NCBI GenBank assembly: GCA_963706385.1
Contig: OY970153.1
Span: forward strand, 943,578-1,007,577
Direction: 5' to 3'
DNA length: 64,000 nt
Origin: an uncultured Alphaproteobacteria bacterium
GTDB taxonomy: Bacteria; Pseudomonadota; Alphaproteobacteria; Caulobacterales; Caulobacteraceae
Position 1 is the first letter of the stretch. Each line of letters opens with the position of its first letter. The position numbers were made by a program, and so were the translations under genes. Shown here piece after piece: positions 38,770-47,903 of the stretch. Under the pieces are notes generated by a model, which was not told where the DNA came from, searched no databases, and saw only the letters and a program-made list of their open reading frames with translations.

Positions 38770-38872
38770 CCTATCGCCCCCGCTCGTGCATTTTGTTCTG
38801 TCGATAAGGACCATCTAGCCAGACGCCGGGCCGCAAGGCCATAAGCCGCGGACATCCGCGCAAGGAGCCCCC

Positions 38873-39505
38873 ATGGAACTGGTGATCGGAACTCGCAAAT
38901 GGTCGAGTTGGTCGATGCGGCCCTGGCTGGCGCTCAAGCGATGTGGCGCGGTCTTCACCGAGACCGTGATCACCCTGCGCGAGGTGGGCGTGAGCGAGGC
39001 GATTGCGAAATATTCGCCGTCGGGCCGGGTGCCGGTGCTGAAGGACGGCGACTTGGTGATCTGGGATTCGCTGGCGATCTGCGAGTACCTGGCCGAAAGG
39101 TTTCCGGCGGCCAAGCTCTGGCCTGACGATGTCGCGGCCCGCGCGCTCGGCCGTTCGGCGGCGGCGGAGATGCATTCCAGCTTCGCCTCGCTGCGCGGCG
39201 AATGCCCGATGGATCTGACCTTGCGCACCGACATAGACCTGTCCGAGGCCACCGCCGCCGACGTGCGGCGCATCGTCGGGTTATGGAGCGATCTGCGCGG
39301 CCAGTTCTCGGCCGGCGGGCCGTTCCTCTTGGGCGGTTGGTCGATCGCCGACGCCTTCTATGCGCCGGTCGCCACGCGGTTCCGCAGCTATGGGATCAAG
39401 CTGTCGGACTTCGGCGATGCGGGTCCCGCCGGCGTCTATTGCCAGACGATCCTTGAGACGCCCGAGTTCCTGGAATGGGAGCGGGCGGCGCTGGCGGAAA
39501 CCTAG
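38873..39505 (+). CDS. Glutathione S-transferase family protein
   Basis: MELVIGTRKWSSWSMRPWLAL…SPSGRVPVLKDGDLVIWDSLAICEYL… is a YfcF-like GST N-terminal domain. Confidence 0.8.
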   Translation: MELVIGTRKWSSWSMRPWLALKRCGAVFTETVITLREVGVSEAIAKYSPSGRVPVLKDGDLVIWDSLAICEYLAERFPAAKLWPDDVAARALGRSAAAEMHSSFASLRGECPMDLTLRTDIDLSEATAADVRRIVGLWSDLRGQFSAGGPFLLGGWSIADAFYAPVATRFRSYGIKLSDFGDAGPAGVYCQTILETPEFLEWERAALAET

Positions 39506-40341
39506 GCCGCCGCCCTGGCGCGTTCCACCGCCCGCCAGATGGCCTGCGCGAAGGTCGCGAACAGCATCGGCGGCAGGTCGTGGCCCATGCCCTCGACGAT
39601 GCGCAGCTCCGCGTCCTTGATGTTGGCGGCGGTGTCCCGGCCGCCCTCGAGAGGGATCAGCGGATCGTCCGCGCCATGCAGCACCACGGTCGGGGCCGTG
39701 ATGGTCGCGAGCCTCGCCCGCCGGTCGCCCGCGGCGCCGATGGCGGCCATCTGGCGCGCGACCCCGGGCGGGTTGAAGGCCCGATCGACCTCGGCGCGGG
39801 CGCGGGCGGCCAGGACGCCGTCGGGCCAGGGATAGGCCGGGCTGCCGATCACCAGGGCGCGCGCCACGCTGTCCTCGATGAAGCCCGGATCGGCCGGATC
39901 GGCCGGGCGGCTGTTCAGCGTCGCCATCGCCGCCGGCGTCGGCTGCGGCAGATCGGGATTGCCCGAATGCGACATGATCGAAACCAGCGAGAGGGTGCGC
40001 TCCGGCCAGGCCGCCGCGAACTCCTGGGCGATCATCCCGCCCATCGACATGCCGACGATGTGCGCCGCGCGCTTGCCCACGGCGTCCAGCACCGCCGCCG
40101 CGTCGCCGGCCATGTCCAGGGCGTCATAGGTCCCGCCTTCGCCCACCCAGGTCGACAGGCCGACATCGCGGTTGTCGAAACGGAGAACGAACAGGTCCTT
40201 AGAGGCCAGCAACGCGCAGAACGGCTCGGCCCAGCGGGTCATCTGCGAGCCCAGGCCGTTGATCAGCAGCACCGCCTCGTTCGCCGGATCGCCGAAGGTC
40301 TCATATTCGATGGCGAGCTCGCCCGACGTCGCCTTGGCCAT
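39502..40341 (-). CDS. Alpha/beta-fold hydrolase
   Basis: …VLLINGLGSQ…HIVGMSMGGMIAQE… (G-x-S-x-G nucleophile elbow) …GHDLP…. Confidence 0.8.
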   Translation of the reverse strand: MAKATSGELAIEYETFGDPANEAVLLINGLGSQMTRWAEPFCALLASKDLFVLRFDNRDVGLSTWVGEGGTYDALDMAGDAAAVLDAVGKRAAHIVGMSMGGMIAQEFAAAWPERTLSLVSIMSHSGNPDLPQPTPAAMATLNSRPADPADPGFIEDSVARALVIGSPAYPWPDGVLAARARAEVDRAFNPPGVARQMAAIGAAGDRRARLATITAPTVVLHGADDPLIPLEGGRDTAANIKDAELRIVEGMGHDLPPMLFATFAQAIWRAVERARAAA

Positions 40342-40375
40342 AGTGTCTTCTCCCGCCGCGCCTTCCCTGGCCTGG

Positions 40376-41125
40376 CTAGTTCGGAACCCGCACCGTGCGG
40401 GCCTGGGCGTTCATTTGGCTATGGTAGCGGAAGGCCGCGCCGAGGCCCATGATCTCGAGAGCGGTGTTGTAGACCGTCTTCTTGTAGCGCGCGTCGACCG
40501 GACCCAGCGCCGCGGCGTCGCGGGCGATGGATTCCACGGTTTCGACCAGCTCGGCCTCGGGCACGGACAGGCTGACCAGGTCGAAGCGCTCGGCGGTCTT
40601 GCCGTCGATGATCCGCTTGGTCAGCAGCAGCAGGCGCGCCTTCTTCAGCGGCATGGCCACCTGCCACAGCGGCATCGAGGACGAGCCCACGCCGGCGGCC
40701 GGATGGCCGAAGCGGGCGGTGTCCGCCGCCACCGAGATGTCGCACAGAAGCTGCAGGTAGCAGCCCGCCGCCAGCGCGTTGCCGTGCACCTGGGCGATGG
40801 TCACCTTGGGGCAGTTCCAGATCCGCAGGTAGCGCTGCTCGATGTCGGCCATGGCCGCGAGCGCGGTGTCAGTGGTCCAGCGCCCGTCGGGGTTCGGCGG
40901 GGTGATGTAGTAGCTGCCGCCCTTCAGGTCATAGCCCGAGCAAAACGAGGGTCCGGCGCCCGACAGGATGATCGCCGCGACGCTGTCGTCCGATCCGGCC
41001 TTGGCGAACGCCGCGTCGATGTCGTCCATCATCTGGTGGTTCAAGGCGTTGTGCTTGGCCGGCCGGTTGAGCGTGATCCGCGCGACGCCCTCCGAGGCTT
41101 CATAGAGAACGGTTTCGAAGGTCAT
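40376..41125 (-). CDS. Enoyl-CoA hydratase/isomerase (crotonase) family protein
   Basis: MTFETVLYEASEGVARITLNRPAKHNALN…ILSGAGPSFCSGYDL… Start chosen after GGGAGA; the track start is at 41152. Confidence 0.85.
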   Translation of the reverse strand: MTFETVLYEASEGVARITLNRPAKHNALNHQMMDDIDAAFAKAGSDDSVAAIILSGAGPSFCSGYDLKGGSYYITPPNPDGRWTTDTALAAMADIEQRYLRIWNCPKVTIAQVHGNALAAGCYLQLLCDISVAADTARFGHPAAGVGSSSMPLWQVAMPLKKARLLLLTKRIIDGKTAERFDLVSLSVPEAELVETVESIARDAAALGPVDARYKKTVYNTALEIMGLGAAFRYHSQMNAQARTVRVPN

Positions 41126-41250
41126 CGTGTTTTCTCCCTGTCGGACCAGCACGGATCGGCCGCGAACCTTAGGAGGCGCACGGCGGGCGCGCTAGGCCGG
41201 CGATGGAACGCGAACGACGGCGTTCCGCGCCGCAGTGGAGTTTCAGGCTA

Positions 41251-41295
41251 AAGGCGTCTTCGCCCGTCCCGATCGCGGCAGGGCGAAGACGCCTT
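41251..41295 (-). terminator. Perfect 15-bp-stem hairpin downstream of the 41305..41775 gene (no clear U-tract)
   Basis: AAGGCGTCTTCGCCC (15-nt loop) GGGCGAAGACGCCTT begins 10 nt after the stop codon. Confidence 0.4.
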
Positions 41296-41304
41296 CGACG
41301 GTCG

Positions 41305-41775
41305 TCAGTCGTTCCACTGGCCCGTGCCGGAGGCCGTTCCGCTCTTGCCGTCGGCGCCCAGTTTCTGGTGCCAGGAGATGGTCCCGGTCTTGTTGGCGAC
41401 CGACCCCACCGTTCCGGTGAGCCCGCCCCAACAATCGGCCTCGGTCTGCGCCTTGTTGGTGAAGTCGCAGCCGATCACGATCGACGCCTGGTCCCCGGTC
41501 GATTCCGTATAGACGCATGCACCGTAGGTTTGGAAAATCGAGCCTGCCGTTGCGCTCCAGTTCGCGCAGTTGAACGTGTCCGTCGTTTTCTTTCCGGATG
41601 CATAAACATTCTGGCCCGAACCGGTGGCGAAGGCCGCAACGACGGGTTTGTCGTTCGCAACGGCCGCGATGATCTGGTTCGTCGCGGTCGACGTCGTCGA
41701 GAAGGTGAATGTCTCCGCTTTCGCCGCCGCGCTCGATGCGCCAAGCAGCAAAACCGCTGCCAGTAATGTCTTCAT
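41305..41775 (-). CDS. Hypothetical secreted protein (156 aa, Ser/Thr/Gly-rich, six Cys)
   Basis: Signal peptide MKTLLAAVLLLGASSAAAKA|ETF. No family recognised. Confidence 0.55.
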   Translation of the reverse strand: MKTLLAAVLLLGASSAAAKAETFTFSTTSTATNQIIAAVANDKPVVAAFATGSGQNVYASGKKTTDTFNCANWSATAGSIFQTYGACVYTESTGDQASIVIGCDFTNKAQTEADCWGGLTGTVGSVANKTGTISWHQKLGADGKSGTASGTGQWND

Positions 41776-41853
41776 AGAGGTCTCCCCTTTTTTATGGCGG
41801 GCTGAATGCGCGCCTTGAGCTGTTAAAGTTAACCTGCCAACTGAAATGCCTAT

Positions 41854-42159
41854 TTAAGCGACTTCATATATGGCCGAGTCTACTGAACCCGGAAGGAACA
41901 AGCCGGCCTCGGCTGATTTCGCGATCAGCTTTTGGAGATCCGGATCTGCTCCGATCTTGGAGCGCGTCGCCTGATAAACGCCCAGGTTCTCGGATGAACT
42001 GACAACCAAGACGCGCCCCATCGGGCCGCCGATCTGCGTAAGGATTCGTGCATCTCCACCGCCATGCGCTTTAACACGGTCAACAAGATGATGAAGAAAT
42101 TCCATAGCTTCGGTGTTTTTTCCGCCAGCAATCCTGAATGATATAGACGACATAATCAT
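41854..42159 (-). CDS. Hypothetical 101-aa protein
   Basis: AAGGAGA RBS, 7 nt upstream of the ATG. The region is AT-rich. The alternating pattern suggests a small alpha+beta fold. No family recognised. Confidence 0.5.
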   Translation of the reverse strand: MIMSSISFRIAGGKNTEAMEFLHHLVDRVKAHGGGDARILTQIGGPMGRVLVVSSSENLGVYQATRSKIGADPDLQKLIAKSAEAGLFLPGSVDSAIYEVA

Positions 42160-42621
42160 TGAGCTGTCTCCTTGATTTTATGTTGTTGGAACGCATGACC
42201 GAACCGTCTGCACAAGCTGGCGACCCAATGCGGTGACACAGCGCGTCGATGCAACTATTCAGGCGCGCGCGGGCATCAGCCTCGCCCGCGTTGGTGGCCA
42301 ACACGGGCTCGATACTTTTAGTCGGGCTAACACAGATCCGCGCGCAAAACGGTAGCGTCTTACCAGGCCGCGTGGTTGAGCTATCAACTGGTCCGGATTC
42401 AACTGAGCAAGTGCGAACGGTACTTCGAACTTTTCCGCGAGTTTAGCGATTGATTCTGATTTGCACGCGCGTGTTGGTCAGATTGCGGACGAACACCTGC
42501 CGACACCTTATGCGCCGGCCGCCTTCCAACGCCGCGATCGGGTATCGCGTCCTTCCGCGCGACCTTTAACGGACGTTCCTGCAACAGCGCCTCGCGGTCG
42601 GGCGAGCTGGGTGCGGGTCAA

Positions 42622-43135
42622 CTAACCAGCGGGTGGCAGCAGCCGGTTGGCCTGATAGCGCCGGAACCACTTGCGCAACATTTCGTCCGTGTAGAGCGTC
42701 TCGTTGAATCCGGCCTGGCGTATCTTGATGGACGACATGGCCGACGCCTGGCGGACTTCGGTGGACGTGCGGGCGAAGACGAAATCGGCGAACTGGAACG
42801 ACTGGCCGATGAAGGCGTCGAGCCCGGGCGCGGCGAGGCCGTACCTGGCGCGGACCGCTCCCACTCGGCTGCCGCCTTGGGCAGTTCCTCGGCGAAGCTG
42901 ATCGGCTTGTCGGGGCCGAGCTCCATGCCGAGCGCCTCGGCGATCACCGGCCACTGGTCCTTGAGCGAGAAGAGTTCGCCGTTGGTGATGTTGAAGGTCT
43001 GGTTGGCCGCCGCCTCGTCTTTTCCGGCCCATTCGAACGCCCGCGCCATCAGCTCGGTGTCGGTGGCCTCCAGCAGCGAGCCCACCCCGCCCGACCAGTC
43101 CCGTGGCCCCCCGCGACGAGCACGTGCTGTTCCAT
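42622..43135 (-). pseudogene. SDR/NAD-dependent epimerase-family gene remnant (internal deletion plus frameshifts)
   Basis: The pieces lie in three frames. (1) MEQHVLVAG, then GATGLVGR, a Rossmann motif that is frameshifted. (2) A direct jump to LLEATDTELMARAFEWAGKDEAAANQTFNITNGELFSLKDQWPVIAEALGMELGPDKPISFAEELPKAAAEWER. (3) After a shift near 42856-42862, VRARYGLAAPGLDAFIGQSFQFADFVFART…SSIKIRQAGFNETLYTDEMLRKWFRRYQANRLLP. About half the expected gene length is missing. Confidence 0.7.
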
Positions 43136-43238
43136 CCCGTCCTCCCTGTATAGGCTCGAGCCGCCTTGATCGCGTCAATTGCCGACAAGGCCGCCTTGGT
43201 TCAGCTAGTCTGTACGGAAAGTCGAGGAAACCAGCATC

Positions 43239-44687
43239 ATGACGCAGCTTGCCGACGCCGACGGACCGCCAGGGACGCAGAACGACATGGAGCCGACCCG
43301 CGCCGCCCTGAGCGCCGTCGTGGGGGCGGGCAACGTCTTCGTCGGCGATCAGATCGAGCCGCGCCACCGCGCGGACCTGACGAACAGCTTCCGCGCCCAG
43401 CCCGGCTTCGTCGTGCGCCCGAACAGCACCGACGAGGTCGCCGCGGTGGTCAAGATCGCGGCCGACGCCGGCTTGCCCATCACGCCATTCGGCGGCGGCA
43501 CGGGGCTGGTGGGCGGCGCGACCGCCGCGCCCGGTGGCGTCGTGCTGACGCTGGAGCGGATGAACCGGATCATCGAGATCGATCGCATCGGCATGACGAT
43601 GACGGTCGAAGCCGGTTGCGTCCTGCAGGCGGTCCAGGAAGCGGCGGAGGCGGAGGGCCTGTTAATGCCGCTGGATCTCGGCGCGCGCGGCTCGGCGACC
43701 ATCGGCGGGAATATCGCGACCAACGCCGGCGGCATGCGGGTGCTGCGCTGGGGCATGATGCGCGACATGGTGCTCGGCCTGGAGGTCGTGCTCGCCGACG
43801 GCTCCATCGTCAGTGCGCTGACCAAGGCCCTGAAGGACAACGCCGGCTATCACTGGAAGCAACTGTTCATCGGCAGCGAGGGCACCTTGGGCGTGGTGAC
43901 CAAGGCGGTGCTGCGGCTGCGGCCGGCGCCCACCACCAGCCAGACCGCCATCGTCGCCCTGGCCAGCTTCGAGGCGGCGAGCCGCTTCCTTCGCGAGAGC
44001 CAAGCCAAGCTGTCCGGGCGCCTCTCAACGTTCGAACTGATGTGGCCGGACTTCTACGACCTCATGACCGAGGCCCAGGCGCACAAGCGGCCCCGCCCGC
44101 TCGCCCGCAGGGCGCCGCTCTACGCCCTGATCGAGGCGCTGGGGAACGACGAACGACGCGACCCCGAGGTGTTCGAGGAGATCCTGGCGCAATCGATAGA
44201 GGACGGCGTCGTGCTGGACGCGGTGGTCGCCAACTCCGAGCGCCAACGGCGGGACCTGTTCGCCGTGCGCGACGAACTGTGGGAGGGCTTCGCGACGCTG
44301 CAACCGATCATCGTCTTCGACGTCAGCATGGCGCTGGCCGACATGCCGCGGTTCATCGCCCGGGCCGACGCCGGCATCCGGGCGGACTATCCGGACGCGG
44401 TCATCCTGCAATACGGCCACGCCGGGGACGGCAACCTGCATCTGACGGTCAGCGTTGGCGCCGCCGACGAGGCGATCGAGCATCAGGTCCAGACGGCGGT
44501 GTTCTCGGCGGTGCGCGAGGTCGGCGGTTCGATCTCGGCCGAACACGGCGTCGGCCTGGAGCGCCTGGCCTTCATCGGCTGGACCCGCACGCCCCAGGAG
44601 CTGGCGCTGATGCGCGCGTTCAAGACCGCCCTCGACCCGCACAACATCATGAACCCGGGCAAGGTGCTGCCCGGAACGACCGGCTAG
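43239..44687 (+). CDS. FAD-linked oxidase (D-lactate / D-2-hydroxyacid dehydrogenase-like, GlcD family)
   Basis: 482 aa. …PFGGGTGLVGGA… is FAD_binding_4. The C-terminus …HAGDGNLH…SAEHGVGL…KTALDPHNIMNPGKV is the FAD-oxidase_C signature. Confidence 0.85.
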   Translation: MTQLADADGPPGTQNDMEPTRAALSAVVGAGNVFVGDQIEPRHRADLTNSFRAQPGFVVRPNSTDEVAAVVKIAADAGLPITPFGGGTGLVGGATAAPGGVVLTLERMNRIIEIDRIGMTMTVEAGCVLQAVQEAAEAEGLLMPLDLGARGSATIGGNIATNAGGMRVLRWGMMRDMVLGLEVVLADGSIVSALTKALKDNAGYHWKQLFIGSEGTLGVVTKAVLRLRPAPTTSQTAIVALASFEAASRFLRESQAKLSGRLSTFELMWPDFYDLMTEAQAHKRPRPLARRAPLYALIEALGNDERRDPEVFEEILAQSIEDGVVLDAVVANSERQRRDLFAVRDELWEGFATLQPIIVFDVSMALADMPRFIARADAGIRADYPDAVILQYGHAGDGNLHLTVSVGAADEAIEHQVQTAVFSAVREVGGSISAEHGVGLERLAFIGWTRTPQELALMRAFKTALDPHNIMNPGKVLPGTTG

Positions 44688-45595
44688 GCGGGGCGGCGCG
44701 CCAGGGCGGCTTCCAGGGCCGCATAGTCGGCGAATCCGGCCTTCGGCGTGACAACCTCGGTCCAGACGGCGTCCATCGCCGCGGCGATCTCAGCCGGCAG
44801 TTCCCGCGCGTGGTCGCCGACGCCGCCCTTGCGCACCTTCGACGAGTCGCCGCCCGGCGGCAGATTGCAGCGTTCTTCCGACGCCCGCCGCATCATCAGG
44901 TCGTCGAACCGGTTCTTGTGCGCGAGCATGTAGGCCAGCGACGAGCGCTCGAGCGTCAGCGCCAGCAGGTCCTCGTCCAGTTCCAGCCCGCAGAAGGCGG
45001 CCAGCCGGCGCACGCTCGCCGCCGGATCGGCGTTCATCTGGGCATAGGATAGCAACAGCACGTCGGGGTTGTCGCGCTGCTCCCACCAGCTGAGCAGATG
45101 GCTCCAATAATTGGGTCTCTCGATCACACCGTGCAGCCAGGTCTGGGTGAAGGCGTCGATCGTCACCGCGCCCGGCTCTAGGAACCAGCCCTGCAGGAAG
45201 TGGTGCATCGACACCAGGGCGTCCTTCGGATCGCGGAACGACACCACGTAGCGCGCGCCCTTGGGCAGGGCGTCATACGGCAGGTGGCTCTTGAAGCCGC
45301 GCGGCTCGGCGCGCTGGGGCGCCTCCAGGTCGAGGCCGAGCACGCCGGCGGTCTCGATCCAGGGCACCACCCGCGAGATGTCGTCGAAGTCCATGTCCCC
45401 GCGCGTGCGCAAGGTATGGAACGCCTGCTGCAGCCGGGTCGTGCCGCACTTGCCGAACGGCGCGATGACGATGTCGGTCGGCCGGGGACGATAGGACTGG
45501 ATCGCGGCGCCGGCTTCTTCGGGCTGGACCATCCGGCCGAAGAGTTCGCCCAGCTCGGCCATGCTGCACGCCCGGCGCGGTGCTGTGTCGGTCAA
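44684..45595 (-). CDS. Sulfotransferase-domain protein
   Basis: …IVIAPFGKCGTTRLQQ… is the 5-prime-PSB loop (PKxGTTW-like) and …YVVSFRDPKDALVS… is the 3-prime-PB motif. The start may be the internal MAELGELF. Confidence 0.75.
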   Translation of the reverse strand: MTDTAPRRACSMAELGELFGRMVQPEEAGAAIQSYRPRPTDIVIAPFGKCGTTRLQQAFHTLRTRGDMDFDDISRVVPWIETAGVLGLDLEAPQRAEPRGFKSHLPYDALPKGARYVVSFRDPKDALVSMHHFLQGWFLEPGAVTIDAFTQTWLHGVIERPNYWSHLLSWWEQRDNPDVLLLSYAQMNADPAASVRRLAAFCGLELDEDLLALTLERSSLAYMLAHKNRFDDLMMRRASEERCNLPPGGDSSKVRKGGVGDHARELPAEIAAAMDAVWTEVVTPKAGFADYAALEAALARRPA

Positions 45596-45680
45596 CCGAT
45601 CCCCCTATGCCTTGTTCAGGCGGCATGAGCGGACATAGCCGCCGGGCGCGCGGGTTTGCAAGCAATGGCGGCCGAAGACG

Positions 45681-46388
45681 TCAAGGCGCCGCCGCGGCCT
45701 CGAATATCCTCGCGAACCCCTCGATGAGCTGGTCGTCCGAGTAGATCAACGGATCGTCCAGGCTCTCGACCATGCCCTTCATGGTCAGCAACCCGATGGC
45801 CGAAAGGTAAGCCAGGAAGGCCATCAGCCGCGGCTCGACCCGCGCGCGGCCTGGGTGTTGCTTGCGGTCTTCGGCGAGTTTCCTCGCCGCGCCGGCCAGC
45901 CACAGTTCGTTGAGCGGCCGGATGCGCGCGAACTGCGCCTCGTCGAAGTGAACCGCCCCCGGGCTGGCGACCTGACCGTGCAGGAAGGCGAGGCGGAAAT
46001 CCTCCAGGCGCGGGGCGAAGGCCTTCACCAATTCCCGGACCAGGACGCGAAGCGCGTCCGCCCCGTCCTTCGCCTGTTCGACCGCGTCGTGGACCTCACG
46101 CGCATGGGTCTCCAGGGCCCCGAAGATGAGCTCGAACAGCAGCGCGTCCTTCGACGGGAAATAATAGTAGAGCGCCGTCTTCGAGACCCCGACCTCCTTG
46201 GCCACGGCCTCGAGCGTGGTCGCGGCCACCCCGCCCCGCAACAGCACCCGCCGCGCGGCCTCGAGGATCTCCTCGCGCGACCGCTCACGGCGACGCTCAC
46301 GCCGCGCGATCCGCTTGGCGTCCCCTTCGCTCATGGGTGGAATAGGCTGGTGTTTGGCGGATGGCATTGGATTTCCGACGAAAGACAA
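45681..46388 (-). CDS. TetR/AcrR-family transcriptional regulator
   Basis: …REEILEAARRVLLRGGVAATTLEAVAKEVGVSKTALYYYFPSKDALLFEL… is the TetR HTH. Divergent from the MAPEG gene. Confidence 0.88.
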   Translation of the reverse strand: MSFVGNPMPSAKHQPIPPMSEGDAKRIARRERRRERSREEILEAARRVLLRGGVAATTLEAVAKEVGVSKTALYYYFPSKDALLFELIFGALETHAREVHDAVEQAKDGADALRVLVRELVKAFAPRLEDFRLAFLHGQVASPGAVHFDEAQFARIRPLNELWLAGAARKLAEDRKQHPGRARVEPRLMAFLAYLSAIGLLTMKGMVESLDDPLIYSDDQLIEGFARIFEAAAAP

Positions 46389-46393
46389 AGGTC

Positions 46394-46425
46394 GGACAAT
46401 TTGCCGTCAGAAGAATAATTTGTCC
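46394..46425. promoter_or_regulatory. Candidate TetR operator (imperfect palindrome) in the divergent intergenic region
   Basis: GGACAATTT-(14 nt)-AATTTGTCC lies between the TetR and MAPEG genes and is followed by a CATTGGT direct repeat. Confidence 0.35.
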
Positions 46426-46516
46426 ATTGGTTGACTTTTTGAACATTGGTAGAAAATATCATCCGCCTGCCTCGCCGACGCCTACGATTCGAAACTCCAG
46501 ACCGCCTGAGGAACCC

Positions 46517-46984
46517 ATGGACAAGCTGAGCCTGCACGACCCGCTGTTCGCCACCTACGCCATCGCCGCCACGCTGATGATCCTGAAGGCGGTGAGCATG
46601 TCCTGGCTGACCGTCGTTCGCATGATGCAGGTCAAGGGCGGCTTCCGCGCGCCCGAGGACCTCAAGAAGACGCCGTTGAATCCAGAACCCAACCCCCATC
46701 AGCTCGAACCCAACGAGCGCGTGGAGCGCGTTCGGCGCATCCAGATGAACGATCTGGAGAACCTGCCGTTCTTCCTCGCCGCCGGCTTTCTCTACGTGCT
46801 GACCCAGCCGTCGCTGCGGCTCGCGCAATGGCTGCTCTACGGCTATGTGGCCTCGCGGCTGCTGCACTTCGTCGCCTATTTCACCGGCCAGACCCACGAC
46901 GTCCGCGCCACCTTCTGGAGCGTGGGCTCGTTCATCCTGATCTTCATGACCGTCCGCACGCTGCTCGTCGCGTTCGGCTACTGA
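46517..46984 (+). CDS. MAPEG-family membrane protein (microsomal GST-like)
   Basis: MDKLSLHDPLFATYAIAATLMILK…RVERVRRIQMNDLENLPFFL…ASRLLHFVAYF… 155 aa. The track ORF is over-extended from 46361. Confidence 0.8.
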   Translation: MDKLSLHDPLFATYAIAATLMILKAVSMSWLTVVRMMQVKGGFRAPEDLKKTPLNPEPNPHQLEPNERVERVRRIQMNDLENLPFFLAAGFLYVLTQPSLRLAQWLLYGYVASRLLHFVAYFTGQTHDVRATFWSVGSFILIFMTVRTLLVAFGY

Positions 46985-47001
46985 GGCGGGGCGCGGCGGA
47001 C

Positions 47002-47027
47002 AGCAAAACGCCCCCTCGCGGGGGCGT
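47002..47027 (-). terminator. Rho-independent terminator for rpsD
   Basis: On the minus strand, ACGCCCCC gcga GGGGGCGT is followed by TTTTGCT. It lies 36 nt after the rpsD stop. Confidence 0.6.
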
Positions 47028-47062
47028 CGCCGTCTCGAATTTGAAGGCCGGTTTCGCGCCGC

Positions 47063-47680
47063 TTACGAGGCGTAGAATTCGACGATCAGGTTCGGCTCCA
47101 TCTTCACCGGATAAGGCACTTCGGCCAATTCCGGCTGGCGGATGAACTTGGCCGACAGGCCCTTGCCATCCACCTCGATATAGTCGGGCACGTCGCGTTC
47201 GGCCGACTGGATGGCTTCCAGCACCAGGGCCATGTTGCGCGAGCGCTCGCGCACCGAAACCACGTCGCCCGGCTTGACCCGATAAGAGGCGATGTTGACC
47301 CGCTTGCCGTTGACCAGCACGTGGCCGTGGTTGACGAACTGGCGGGCGGCGAACACGGTCGGCACGAACTTGGCGCGATAGATCACCGCGTCCAGCCGGC
47401 TTTCCAGGAGACCCACCAGGGTCTCGGCGGTGTTGCCCTTGCGCCGCGCGGCGTCCTCGTAGGTGCGCGCGAACTGCTTTTCGGTCAGATTGCCGTAATA
47501 ACCCTTCAGCTTCTGCTTGGCGCGCAGCTGCAGGCCGAAATCGGAAACCTTGGACTTGCGGCGCTGGCCGTGCTGGCCGGGACCGTAGGAACGCTGGTTG
47601 ATCGGCGACTTGGGCCGCCCCCAGATGTTCTCGCCCATGCGGCGGTCGATCTTGTACTTCGCCGATTGGCGCTTCGACAT
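47063..47680 (-). CDS. rpsD: 30S ribosomal protein S4
   Basis: [26 protein letters not shown]…[25 protein letters not shown]…YRVKPGDVV… 205 aa. Confidence 0.95.
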   Translation of the reverse strand: MSKRQSAKYKIDRRMGENIWGRPKSPINQRSYGPGQHGQRRKSKVSDFGLQLRAKQKLKGYYGNLTEKQFARTYEDAARRKGNTAETLVGLLESRLDAVIYRAKFVPTVFAARQFVNHGHVLVNGKRVNIASYRVKPGDVVSVRERSRNMALVLEAIQSAERDVPDYIEVDGKGLSAKFIRQPELAEVPYPVKMEPNLIVEFYAS

Positions 47681-47903
47681 GCGTGACTCTCTTCACCTAC
47701 GACGCGGGCCGGCCGCTCCCCAGATGGAGCGGCGATTGCAACGGCGGCTTCGCATCACCCGTCATGTGTTTTCGCGCCGCGCGGGATCCCCGGCGGCGGA
47801 AAGGCGGCTGTATGGCGAGATAGGGCGCGAAAGTCAATCGCGCGGGCCGGTCGCTCGCCCGATAGCCGATCGATCGCCAAGGCGACTTTGCCCCGCTCTC
47901 CGC

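Noticed and set aside
42160-42620. A possible regulator gene or small ORFs (42080..42304, 42249..42446, 42399..42584) in the gene-free stretch.
   Set aside because: I translated all frames by eye. No family motif, RBS or coherent composition appeared. It is kept only as an unexplained non-coding region in a finding.
47681-47903. Promoter and S4 autoregulatory leader upstream of rpsD.
   Set aside because: A TTGACT element is present, but I could not place a convincing -10 or a conserved structure by eye. The support is too weak to report as a feature.
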